From contig CAYYQE010000008.1 in the NCBI GenBank assembly GCA_964473745.1, positions 73 to 64,072 on the forward strand: 64,000 nt of DNA, read 5' to 3'. Positions within the stretch are counted from its first letter, which is position 1; every line of letters starts with the position of its first letter. This document shows, piece by piece, positions 55,042-64,000 of the stretch. Both the position numbers and the translations under genes were made by a program. Under the pieces are notes generated by a model that saw only the letters and a program-made list of their open reading frames with translations, ran no database searches and was not told the DNA's origin. The DNA comes from an uncultured Candidatus Peribacteria bacterium. Lineage in GTDB: Bacteria > Patescibacteriota > Gracilibacteria > UBA1369 > UBA12473.

Positions 55042-56469
55042 ATGCAAAAGATTATCAAACGAGATGGAAGGGTTGTCCCCTTTGATGTCGAAAAAATAAC
55101 TGAAGCAATTTGGAAAGCCGCCAAAGCTGTTGGTGGCCAGGATCAAAGCATGGCCAAAGAAGCCAGCCAAGAAATAATTACCTCTCTAGAAAAAACTTTT
55201 GAAAAATCTCACTACCCCACCGTTGAACAAATTCAAGATTTAGTTGAAAAAATTCTTATTGAAAAAGGCCACGCCAAAACCGCTAAAGCTTACATTCTCT
55301 ACCGACACAAACGCACCGAAGAACGTCGCTTGCAAGAAAAACTCATTGGCTCCCCCACCAAAATTCCTCTTTCCCTCGAAGGCTTAGAAACTTTTGAAAA
55401 AGAATTCCACGAAACCCCAGAAGATCTTTTCAAAAAAACCGCCCACGCTCTAAGCAAGAACAAAAAAGAAGAAGATCTGTTTTATAATCTTTTGGCGAAT
55501 TTAGAGTTCCTTCCCCACCCCCACATCCTAAAAAACATTAACCCCGAAAATCCGACCTGCCTATTTCATGAATTTATTATTCCAACTGAAGAAAAAACTC
55601 TTTTTGAAAACCTTGAACAAGCCGCTCAACTTATAAAAACTGGAGCCTCGCTTAGCATTAATTTAAACGAAACCAATAAACCCGCTAGTTTACTTAAACT
55701 TTTTCAAAACGCAGCTGAATTAAATGGGCAAAACCAAAAACACCTCGCTCTTATTTCCAAAAATCATCCTGAACTACTTGATGTACTCACTTTAAAACAA
55801 GACGAAAAAAGCCATTTCAAAGTCTTACAAACAGATGAAACGCTTCTTTTCCCCGAAAGCCGACTCCCGGGGAAAATTTATGAGCCAATTGCCCTGGGTT
55901 GGATTAATTTAAAAGCTGTAAAAATCGAAAATCTGACCAAAGTGGCCGATAAAGCCGCTCTTTTTCTAACTCGAATTTTTGAAAAAAGCACTTATCCATC
56001 CGCAATTATTCAAGAAAAAAGCGAATCAAAACAAATTAGTCTAGGCCTAATGGGACTAGCCGAAGTTTTATACAATGAAGGAATTGGATATAACTCTTAT
56101 GGAGCCGGGGTTTTCCTGCAAAACATCCTAGGAAAACTTGAAAAAATCCCGGAAAACTTCACATCTAACCCCCTAATTGCCAATCTTTTTGACACGACCA
56201 ACGGGATTGAACCTTTTAGCAAACAATCCCATTTAGAAAAAATCGCCATTAAACACGGCTTTTATTCCCCTAAGCTGATGACTGCTATCGAAAAAGCTGG
56301 TTCTTTCAAACCTTTTGACAAAGAAATCCCCTCAAATATTCGAGAAATCATCTTCACCAATAAAGATATTGTAAGCAAAGAACCTTGTCCTCTAATCGAA
56401 GTACAGCGCGAACATCGCCCGCTTCAAGAAAAATCATTGCGAAAAGCTAAAAAATGGGTTACAAAGTAA
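55042..56469 (+). CDS. ATP-cone + truncated, apparently catalytically degenerate class II ribonucleotide-reductase-like protein
   Basis: An ATP-cone is present (KIIKRDGRVVPFDVEKITEAIWKA...KAYILYRHKR). RNR-like blocks are present (LGLMGLAEVL, TTNGIEPF). The position of NPCGE-x8-CNLGSINL reads FPESR-x8-IALGWINL. The length is only 475 aa. Confidence 0.6.
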   Translation: MQKIIKRDGRVVPFDVEKITEAIWKAAKAVGGQDQSMAKEASQEIITSLEKTFEKSHYPTVEQIQDLVEKILIEKGHAKTAKAYILYRHKRTEERRLQEKLIGSPTKIPLSLEGLETFEKEFHETPEDLFKKTAHALSKNKKEEDLFYNLLANLEFLPHPHILKNINPENPTCLFHEFIIPTEEKTLFENLEQAAQLIKTGASLSINLNETNKPASLLKLFQNAAELNGQNQKHLALISKNHPELLDVLTLKQDEKSHFKVLQTDETLLFPESRLPGKIYEPIALGWINLKAVKIENLTKVADKAALFLTRIFEKSTYPSAIIQEKSESKQISLGLMGLAEVLYNEGIGYNSYGAGVFLQNILGKLEKIPENFTSNPLIANLFDTTNGIEPFSKQSHLEKIAIKHGFYSPKLMTAIEKAGSFKPFDKEIPSNIREIIFTNKDIVSKEPCPLIEVQREHRPLQEKSLRKAKKWVTK

Positions 56470-56489
56470 ACCCTATTTAACCTATTTTT

Positions 56490-58841
56490 ATGGCTGGAGA
56501 AGCCCTGGCGAAAAACCGCCTTGATGAATTAGAAGGCGACAAAATAAGCAAATTACGCCCTAACCAAGAAATGGCGGAAGAAAACGATCGCAACGATTTT
56601 AACGTTGAAGCCTCGGGTATTCGCCAAGAAATGTTAGAAAAAATGAACCGCGAAAAAGGGGTTATTTCCAAAGATGAAGAATCCGAATGGAAACAAAAAG
56701 TAACCGACAATCAAGAAGATTTAAGTCGTTTACGATCTATTAAAAATGAATTTGAAGAACACTGGCGCCAATCATTTGAATTACGCCAAAAATTTGAAGG
56801 CAAGCTAAGTAGTGCGGGAAAAGAAGGCATGCTGAAACAAGGGGAAGATCAAAAACTAGCCGAAACTTTTACCGAAAGCGGCTTAAAAGCCAAAGAAAAA
56901 GCCCTTCAAGAACTAGAAAAAGAGTTAAAAAATCGCCAACAAGAACTCAAAAAATTCTTAAAATTAGAAAAAGCTGTTCAAGAAAAACGTCGCACATCAC
57001 TCGATAAAGCTGAAAACTACGACGAAAAACTACGAGTCTTAGAATCATCGGAAAGTGAAAATAAAAACTTCCAAAAATACCGCCAAATATTCAACCAACA
57101 CAAAGCTAAACTATCCAAAAAAACAACCACGGAATATTTAGAATGGTTCTTAACCCTATCTGAAAACGAACAGAATTCCGCTCTAAACAAAGTTGAAAAA
57201 GATGACATCCAGCCTCGGATTGAATTATTTGATGTTCACCAAGATCTTCCCAGAGAATACCAAGATGGAAACTTCAAAGAATGGGGTTTAACCAGGCGTG
57301 AACAATTCTTAGGATCCGTCGAAAAAAAGATCGAACGAGAATATCGCAAATTACTGCGCCAGGATGCGAGCGGTGTTTTTTGCAAAGAATCTCTTCGATT
57401 CTGTGAACGCAATTTCCAAAGCACTGAAAATAATATGGGCAAACGTTTCAAACACAAAATCACGTTTTTAAAAGCACTCCCCGGCCAAATCAAAGCCGAA
57501 AAAGAATTATGGAACCAATTTGAAAAATTCCCCTCTGAAATCCAAGATATTCTCGAAAAAGAATTCAGTGAATCTGACTTTGAAGCCAAGAAAAAAATTC
57601 TCACTGGGAAAGCTACCAAAACAGCTGACCAGTACGGGAAGTTATTAAACCAACTCAACAACAAAATGGATCCGCACATTGCCGAAGCTATTCGAGGCAA
57701 TTTTGAAAAAGCTCCTTCATTAGAAGAAAAAGCCAAAATTATTAAACAAGGAAATGACTTCCAAAAATCCAAAAATCGCTATTTTGCTAAGTGGAAAAAG
57801 AACGAGGCCGCTTTCCGATCAGATATTGGAGTTTATGAAAAATGGTATGGCGAAAGTATAAATTCATTGGAAGCCGCCAAAAAAGCAGAATCCGATTTAA
57901 ACAACATGATTGATTCCCGCCAAAAAGTTCACAAAGCCGTTGAAAAACTACCGTCCCATTTAAAAAACCGCATGAATGCTAATCAATCACTAGGCGAACG
58001 AGAAAAAGACCTCCACAAACTAGAAGAAATAGCTCGCAACTACACTTCAACAATCCCTTTTCTCCTGCAAAATGCCGAAAAAGCCGAACAAGCTGAAGAT
58101 TTAGACCAAGCGCTTAATTTTTATATGCAGGCCCTAAAATTGGACCCAGAAAGTCCAGATCTAAAAACATTAGTAGCCCATTTGCGCCAAAAGGGGGCCT
58201 CCCCTTCATTAACGCCGGCCAATGCCACGGACGAACAGCAAAACAAAAAACTACTCGCCGAAGTCGATGGAATGAGTGATATCACCCAAGACGCCGAGGA
58301 TTTAGCACGCAAACAAATTCTCTTTAATCTTTCCAAAAAACATCACGAACAAAGTGGAGCTAGTGGCAGCACAACCCAAGCTCGGGCAAAAAAATCGATT
58401 CGCAATTTAGATAAAAAAGATCAAAGCACGGCCGAAACAATTATTGAACAACATGGCGACAGCCACACCGTGGACGAAACTGGCACCATCCGCAAAAAGA
58501 AAAAAATAAAAATGCGCGGGGCCCAAGTCCGTGCCACCGAAGAGCAACTCGGCCAATTCTTTGGCGAAAAGCAACACAAGGGCGAAGTTACCAAAAGCGG
58601 CCTAGCAGAAGTAGCTTTCCAAGACGATAGCGGCCGCGAAGTTGAACTTTCTACCGCTGAAAAAGAATTAACCGCGCAAACCGAGCGCCTCGCCCAGCAA
58701 CGCGAAAAACGATTCCTTAAACTAGTACAAAACGATGCTGGCTTAAACGCCGACCAATTAAAATCTGTGCGCGAAGCTTACACCAGGTCTCACGACGAAG
58801 ATGAACGTGTTGAAGACGAAATTGAACGCCTAGCCGCCTAA
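56490..58841 (+). CDS. Hypothetical 783-aa K/E-rich coiled-coil protein with one TPR-like motif
   Basis: A long charged helical sequence. The TPR-like stretch is AEDLDQALNFYMQALKLDPESPD. Confidence 0.5.
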   Translation: MAGEALAKNRLDELEGDKISKLRPNQEMAEENDRNDFNVEASGIRQEMLEKMNREKGVISKDEESEWKQKVTDNQEDLSRLRSIKNEFEEHWRQSFELRQKFEGKLSSAGKEGMLKQGEDQKLAETFTESGLKAKEKALQELEKELKNRQQELKKFLKLEKAVQEKRRTSLDKAENYDEKLRVLESSESENKNFQKYRQIFNQHKAKLSKKTTTEYLEWFLTLSENEQNSALNKVEKDDIQPRIELFDVHQDLPREYQDGNFKEWGLTRREQFLGSVEKKIEREYRKLLRQDASGVFCKESLRFCERNFQSTENNMGKRFKHKITFLKALPGQIKAEKELWNQFEKFPSEIQDILEKEFSESDFEAKKKILTGKATKTADQYGKLLNQLNNKMDPHIAEAIRGNFEKAPSLEEKAKIIKQGNDFQKSKNRYFAKWKKNEAAFRSDIGVYEKWYGESINSLEAAKKAESDLNNMIDSRQKVHKAVEKLPSHLKNRMNANQSLGEREKDLHKLEEIARNYTSTIPFLLQNAEKAEQAEDLDQALNFYMQALKLDPESPDLKTLVAHLRQKGASPSLTPANATDEQQNKKLLAEVDGMSDITQDAEDLARKQILFNLSKKHHEQSGASGSTTQARAKKSIRNLDKKDQSTAETIIEQHGDSHTVDETGTIRKKKKIKMRGAQVRATEEQLGQFFGEKQHKGEVTKSGLAEVAFQDDSGREVELSTAEKELTAQTERLAQQREKRFLKLVQNDAGLNADQLKSVREAYTRSHDEDERVEDEIERLAA

Positions 58842-58854
58842 ATAACCTCCTAAA

Positions 58855-59370
58855 ATGATTCATTGCTACACTGGCGACGGAAAAGGAAAAACTTCAGCCG
58901 CACTCGGAGTGGCCTTTCGGGCCGCCGGCGCTGGTTGGAATACCTGCGTTATCCAATTTATAAAAGGAACCTGGGCCTCCGGAGAAGTTGAGGCGGCAAA
59001 ACAATTTTCTTTTATCGATATTATCCCGGCTGGAAAAGGTTTTTACAAAATTCTAAATGACAAGCTTACAGCCGAAGAACACCAACAGGCGGCTCAAGAA
59101 GCCATTACCACCATTACCGAACGAATGTTAAGCGGGAAATATTCATTAATTGTGCTAGATGAAGTAAATGTGGCCGTTCACCTAAAACTAGTTAAGCCAG
59201 AAAGCATCATTGAAATTCTAAAAAAAGCACCAAAAGGTATTCATTTTGCCCTTACCGGACGAAATGCTCCTCAGGAATTTATTGAAATCGCTGACCTTGT
59301 AACAGAAATGAAAGAGGTCAAACATCCCTTTCACGAAGGGCAAACCGCCAAAAAAGGATTGGATTTCTAG
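58855..59370 (+). CDS. cobO: Cob(I)alamin/cob(I)yrinic acid a,c-diamide adenosyltransferase (BtuR/CobO type)
   Basis: A 171-aa protein with YTGDGKGKTSAALGVAFRAAGAGWNTCVIQFIKG and LDEVN. Confidence 0.8.
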   Translation: MIHCYTGDGKGKTSAALGVAFRAAGAGWNTCVIQFIKGTWASGEVEAAKQFSFIDIIPAGKGFYKILNDKLTAEEHQQAAQEAITTITERMLSGKYSLIVLDEVNVAVHLKLVKPESIIEILKKAPKGIHFALTGRNAPQEFIEIADLVTEMKEVKHPFHEGQTAKKGLDF

Positions 59371-59383
59371 AACATCCGCTATA

Positions 59384-60322
59384 ATGAGCGGGAATAATTT
59401 AAAAAACCCTCTCATGAATGAAAATGTTTACGATTTAATTATTATTGGTAGCGGGATGTCTGGAATGGCGGCTGCTATTTACGCTGGTCGATTTGAAATG
59501 AAAACACTGGTTATTGGCGAACTCCCGGGAGGCACCATTACTCTTACTCATTTAGTTGAAAATTATCCTGGCTATAAACGATTAAGCGGGCTGGAACTAG
59601 CTGGTCATTTACAAGAACACGTTGCTGATATTGGCGTTGAAACCAAACAAGGCAAAATCGAAAAAATCGAACGCGCCGGAGCAGATGGCTTGTTCACTAT
59701 TACAGCTAGTAACGGCGATACTTATCAAACCAAAACTATCTTACTGGCCACCGGTACTGAACACCGCAAATTAGGCGCTCCCGGCGAAGAAGAATTCACT
59801 AATAAAGGTGTTTCTTACTGTGCCACTTGTGATGGGCCATTTTTCCGCGACAAAGTAGTGGCCATTGTCGGAGGCAGTGATTCCGCAGTCAAAGAATCAC
59901 TTTTACTCGCCAAGTATGCGGCGCAAGTCTATATCGTCTACCGCAAAGAAGAAGTTCGGGCTGAACCCATCAATAAAAAAAGAATGGAAGCCACGGAAAA
60001 CATCAAAGTGATTAACAACACCAATATTACCGAAATCCTTGGTGGCCCTACTGTTAACAAAATCAAATTCGACACTGGCAAAGAATTAGAGTGCGAAGGC
60101 GTGTTTATTGAAATTGGGCGCACACCGCGGACTGATTTGGCCGTACAAATTGGAGCTGATCTGAACAAAAAAAGCGAGGTAATTATTAACAAAGCCTCGG
60201 AAACCAACATCCCTGGTTTTTATTCTGCTGGGGACTGCACTGACACCGATTGGAAACAAGCAATAGTTGGCGTGGCCCAAGGTTGTATGGCTGCCTACTC
60301 TGCTTATCAGTATGTAGAATAG
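59384..60322 (+). CDS. trxB: Thioredoxin-disulfide reductase
   Basis: The motifs DLIIIGSGMSGMAAAIYA (FAD), CATCDG (redox-active disulfide) and GGSDSA (NADPH) are present. The likely start is MNENVYD at 59414. Confidence 0.9.
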   Translation: MSGNNLKNPLMNENVYDLIIIGSGMSGMAAAIYAGRFEMKTLVIGELPGGTITLTHLVENYPGYKRLSGLELAGHLQEHVADIGVETKQGKIEKIERAGADGLFTITASNGDTYQTKTILLATGTEHRKLGAPGEEEFTNKGVSYCATCDGPFFRDKVVAIVGGSDSAVKESLLLAKYAAQVYIVYRKEEVRAEPINKKRMEATENIKVINNTNITEILGGPTVNKIKFDTGKELECEGVFIEIGRTPRTDLAVQIGADLNKKSEVIINKASETNIPGFYSAGDCTDTDWKQAIVGVAQGCMAAYSAYQYVE

Positions 60323-60338
60323 TGGCCAATTAAAACCT

Positions 60339-60371
60339 GTACGCGTCAACCTGAAGTCGCGTGCATTTTTA
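60339..60371 (+). terminator. Probable intrinsic terminator after trxB
   Basis: The GTACGCG...CGCGTGC stem is followed by ATTTTTAAA. Confidence 0.45.
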
Positions 60372-60423
60372 AAGAATCCGGACTATTATACCCTCCTTAA
60401 AATTCACTAGGCTTTCCTTTAGA

Positions 60424-61416
60424 ATGAACCTATATCACCCTTCCAAACTACCATTTCCAACCGATCTTCTCGATGAGGTGAAGGATCTAATTGCACAAGC
60501 CCAAAACATTCTTATTATCTCGCATCGCGGCCCTGACGGAGACACTATTGGCTGTAATTTAGCCTTTAAAATAGCTCTCAAAGCTCAGGGCAAAAAAACC
60601 ACTTCCGCTTGCGTGGATCCCCCACCAGAATATGCTTTTGCTTTAAAAGGTACTTTTGAATTTGTAAATAATTTTGACTTAAATGATTTTGACCTAGTTT
60701 TGGCAGTGGATTGTGGAGCCCTAGATTTAATGACTTTTCATCAAACCAAACCTGAACTCCTTAAAAAAAAAATCCCACTCATTAATATCGATCATCATCC
60801 TTCTAACGATTATTTTGGGACACATAACCTTGTTCATGACACTGCCGCGGCCACGGCCTTTACTATTTATCATCTTTTCAAGTATTGGAATTTCCCTTTG
60901 AACAAAGATATTGCCGAATGTTTAATGATGGGCCTTTATTACGACACTGGCAGTTTTATGCATTCCAACACCAGCAGCGAGGTTTTACAAATGGCTGCTG
61001 ATCTCATGAATCATGGAGCACGCATAAACAAAATGGTAAAAAGCATGTTTCGAACAACTCCAGCCAATCAACTCAAACTTTGGGGCCGAATTATGCAACG
61101 CGCTCGCCTCACAAACCAAAACGCAGTGGTTTCAGCGGTTACCAACCAAGACTTTCACGAATGTAACGCCAAACCCAACGATGCTAGTGGAGTTATCGAC
61201 TATTTAAATTCAATCCCCGGAAGCAAGTTCTCTATTTTATTAGCGGAAAATGGCACTGGAAAAATCAAAGGATCGCTTCGCACCCAAGATGACAGCATTG
61301 ATTTATCAAAACTTGCAGGGTTATTTGGTGGTGGCGGACACAAAAAAGCAGCGGGCTTTACTCTACCAGGAAAACTAGAACCGGAAATCACTTGGAAAAT
61401 TCGTCCAGCCAAATAA
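60424..61416 (+). CDS. nrnA: DHH/DHHA1 phosphoesterase (NrnA-like oligoribonuclease / pAp phosphatase)
   Basis: The motifs SHRGPDGDTIG, NIDHH and GGGHKKAAGF are present. Confidence 0.8.
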   Translation: MNLYHPSKLPFPTDLLDEVKDLIAQAQNILIISHRGPDGDTIGCNLAFKIALKAQGKKTTSACVDPPPEYAFALKGTFEFVNNFDLNDFDLVLAVDCGALDLMTFHQTKPELLKKKIPLINIDHHPSNDYFGTHNLVHDTAAATAFTIYHLFKYWNFPLNKDIAECLMMGLYYDTGSFMHSNTSSEVLQMAADLMNHGARINKMVKSMFRTTPANQLKLWGRIMQRARLTNQNAVVSAVTNQDFHECNAKPNDASGVIDYLNSIPGSKFSILLAENGTGKIKGSLRTQDDSIDLSKLAGLFGGGGHKKAAGFTLPGKLEPEITWKIRPAK

Positions 61417-61472
61417 AGGCTAAAAACAAACAATAATTTGGCTAATTGCAAAAACTTTCGTATCTTAAAGAC

Positions 61473-62915
61473 ATGAAAATTTCTATTCAATCTCGCATTA
61501 CCAAAAACGATTTACTCGTTCTTCCCTTTTATGAAGGGAAAAGTCCCAAACCAACTGAAACCGAAGCTATTCAAAATCAACATCACCCGGATTTTGAAGG
61601 AAAGCTTTTGGAAAACGTTCTAATTTACCAAAAAGACAAAATCACCCCGCGTATTTTACTGGTTGGATTAGGCCCCCAAAACAAAGAAAACACCGAAACT
61701 TGGCGCCGCGCTGGAGGAAGCATAGCAACTCAACTCAAAAAATCCATTCATGACCTAACTATTATTCCCCCCAAAGAAAGTTTGAAATTTATCGCTGCTT
61801 TTGTGGAGGGAATTTTATTAAAACACTACCAATACGAAGAAACTTTTACTGATAAATCACGCAAAATATCAAAAATCGAAAACATCAACATCATCATTCA
61901 AGATAAAAAACTAAACACTAAACTTAAAAAATCTCTTGATGAAATAAAAGCCACGGCCCAAGCCGTTCATTTAGTCCGTGATTTAGTAAACGCTCCCAGC
62001 AACCAAATGAGCCCCACAATTTTAGCTAAAAAAGCCCAACAAATTGCCAAAAAATCCCGCTCCCTATCTTGCAAAGTTTATGGAGAAGCACGCCTTACAA
62101 AAATGAAAATGGGATGCCTAGTTGGCGTTGGGAAAGGATCTAGCGAAGAAACCAAACTCGTTGTACTTGAGCACAAATACAAGCCCAAAAACAAAAAACC
62201 CATTGTCTTAATTGGCAAAGGAATTTGTTTTGATTCCGGCGGAATTAACCTTAAAACTCGCGAACTTCCAGACATGAAATTTGATATGGCCGGAGCCGCT
62301 ACTGTCTTAGGAGTTTTTCAACTTTTAAGTAAATACCGCCTCCCATTGCACGTTATCGGAATAGCTCCCTGCGCCGAAAACATGTTAGGTGCCAAAGCTA
62401 TTAAGCCCGGAGACATTCTCACAGCCTATGACGGCACAACCATCGAGATTAAAAACACCGATGCCGAAGGGCGCCTAGTCCTCGCCGATGCCATTGCCTA
62501 CGCCGTAAAAACCTACAAACCCGAATCCATCATCGATATCGCTACCCTTACCGGCGCCGCCATCACGGCTCTTGGCCACGAAATTAGTGCTTTAGTTTCC
62601 AGTGATGAGAGTTTAAAAAAGGCGTTAATAAGCGCCGCCCATAAAGCTGATGAAAAAATATGGGAACTCCCCTTGGACTCAGACTACAAAACCAAGATCA
62701 AAGGCCAAATTGCCGACTTAGACAATTACAGCGCCAAGGTAAGTGCCGGCACCATTATGGGCGGCGCCTTCCTAGAGCATTTTGCCCAAGAAACCCCTTG
62801 GGCCCACATTGACATGGGTGGCAGTGGCTGGATCCAAGAACCACTTCCCTACTATCCAAAAGGAGCCAGCGGCCGCATGGCCCGCACACTTTGGGAATTC
62901 CTAAAAAATCTCTAA
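61473..62915 (+). CDS. pepA: Leucyl aminopeptidase (M17)
   Basis: The motifs GKGICFDSGG and NTDAEGRLVLAD are present. The track ORF starts at a TTG at 61446. I prefer the ATG at 61473 (MKISIQS). Confidence 0.9.
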   Translation: MKISIQSRITKNDLLVLPFYEGKSPKPTETEAIQNQHHPDFEGKLLENVLIYQKDKITPRILLVGLGPQNKENTETWRRAGGSIATQLKKSIHDLTIIPPKESLKFIAAFVEGILLKHYQYEETFTDKSRKISKIENINIIIQDKKLNTKLKKSLDEIKATAQAVHLVRDLVNAPSNQMSPTILAKKAQQIAKKSRSLSCKVYGEARLTKMKMGCLVGVGKGSSEETKLVVLEHKYKPKNKKPIVLIGKGICFDSGGINLKTRELPDMKFDMAGAATVLGVFQLLSKYRLPLHVIGIAPCAENMLGAKAIKPGDILTAYDGTTIEIKNTDAEGRLVLADAIAYAVKTYKPESIIDIATLTGAAITALGHEISALVSSDESLKKALISAAHKADEKIWELPLDSDYKTKIKGQIADLDNYSAKVSAGTIMGGAFLEHFAQETPWAHIDMGGSGWIQEPLPYYPKGASGRMARTLWEFLKNL

Positions 62916-62918
62916 AGC

Positions 62919-63497
62919 CTAATTTTTACTTCCCTTTCCTTGTTCGTACTCGCGCGCCTGTTTAAGCAAATCCTTTAAATCTTTTAATTCTTTTTTAGAA
63001 AATTCGGCCTGAGCTTGAGGTTGTTGATCTTTTTTAGTCAATAATCCTTCAGCCTCTTCAATTACATCAGATGGGAAAGGATTTTCTTGTCCCGCTATTT
63101 CCAAAACCGACTGCGCAATAAAAATAGGAGCTTTTGCTTCTAAGGCCAAAGCCAGTGAATCACTAGGACGAGCATCAATTTTCACTGTCTTACGTCCCAC
63201 TCTCACATAAATAACGGCAAAATAAGTTCCCGCTTCAATTCCTTCTATCGCTACTTTTATAACTTTTCCTCCTAAATCCTTAACCACGTTTTTCAAAAGG
63301 GTATGCGTTAAGGGACGTGAAACATCAATCTTTTGTAAGCCCAAAGCAATCGCCCGCGCCTCAGGTTCCCCAATCCAAATCGGTAAAACCAAATTACTCT
63401 GCGGATCATGCAGAATTACCACCGGACTTCGCATATGCGGCTCTTCCAGCAAAGCAATAATTCGAACACGAACAAAAGGATCTTTTTTGGGGGGCAT
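62919..63497 (-). CDS. Bifunctional nuclease (BFN/DUF151) family protein
   Basis: The pattern VVILHDPQSNLVLPIWIGEPEARAIALGL...RPLTHTLL...IDARPSDSLALAL fits the family. Confidence 0.75.
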   Translation of the reverse strand: MPPKKDPFVRVRIIALLEEPHMRSPVVILHDPQSNLVLPIWIGEPEARAIALGLQKIDVSRPLTHTLLKNVVKDLGGKVIKVAIEGIEAGTYFAVIYVRVGRKTVKIDARPSDSLALALEAKAPIFIAQSVLEIAGQENPFPSDVIEEAEGLLTKKDQQPQAQAEFSKKELKDLKDLLKQAREYEQGKGSKN

Positions 63498-63499
63498 AA

Positions 63500-64000
63500 T
63501 TACGGCAACAATTTAATGGAGTCTAAAAAGGCCTGGGCATCCTCTCCTTCATAAGCTGGAGCCTGACCAGTGCCAACTACAACAACTTTGTTCACCTGCG
63601 CTGGAAAATAATAAATAGCTGAAGTTAAACGACAATTCGGATCAAACTCATCACCATATGGATAAACTGTTGAATTAAACCCATAAACTTCCTTTTCCTC
63701 AGTCACTGAAACCTCTTCAATCTCACAGGCTTCACTTTCATCTAACAAAGCCTTCCATAAATGATTAATCATCCCTTCTTCTCCCGTTAGAGAATCAATC
63801 ATTTCGACTGAAAGAGTAGCAATTACATTATCTCCAGTCATCAAACTAACCACTTCTCCATCCTCCTCCAAAATAACCTCCGCGCCATGAGATTTTGATA
63901 AATAATCAAAAGTTAGCCCCAGATCATCTGAGCTATAAGTCATAAGCTTAGCCCCACAACCAACCAAAACAAACATCAACGCTAATAAAGAAACTATAAT
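63500..64000 (-). CDS. Putative lipoprotein, 5' end may lie off window
   Basis: The minus-strand frame stays open to the window edge (IIVSLLALMFVLVGCGAK), which is a signal peptide with an LVGC lipobox. The mature part is acidic with no known motif. Confidence 0.55.
   Translation of the reverse strand: MIVSLLALMFVLVGCGAKLMTYSSDDLGLTFDYLSKSHGAEVILEEDGEVVSLMTGDNVIATLSVEMIDSLTGEEGMINHLWKALLDESEACEIEEVSVTEEKEVYGFNSTVYPYGDEFDPNCRLTSAIYYFPAQVNKVVVVGTGQAPAYEGEDAQAFLDSIKLLP

Overview
The window is 64 kb from a gene-dense, low-GC bacterial genome. I estimate the background at roughly 40-45% GC by eye, not computed. It looks like a Candidatus Peregrinibacteria / CPR-type organism. I base that on many short overlapping genes, PilT, an H+-PPase, a lamin-tail-domain protein and several orphan proteins, without any database search. 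Most of the window is housekeeping. It holds gatCA, ftsX, recO, a RelA/SpoT homolog, a panB-panC-coaBC cluster with type II PanK, hppA, rplY, ybaB and mltG. It also holds an 8-gene trp operon with an embedded DAHP synthase, led by a TrpR/YerC-like gene that has a trp-operator-like palindrome. Further on are dnaA, rseP, frr, pyrH, pilT, groES-groEL with tandem CIRCE operators, rny, trxB, cobO, nrnA and pepA. I saw no rRNA, tRNA, CRISPR array or transposase. The unusual part is an accessory stretch between pilT and groEL (about 35.6-44.4 kb). Two short, sharply GC-rich islands sit there, each with its own consensus-like promoter, strong RBS, small membrane proteins/peptides and hairpins. They bracket a host-GC cluster of three paralogous CxxC-ladder proteins, a free-standing double zinc-ribbon protein, and a fusion protein that joins those two modules. 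Other outliers are a 1508-aa sigma-70 protein with a roughly 1230-aa uncharacterised N-terminal extension, and a truncated class II RNR-like protein with an ATP-cone whose catalytic motif appears to be lost. All calls come from reading the ORF translations and the DNA by eye. I ran no homology searches, folding or statistics.
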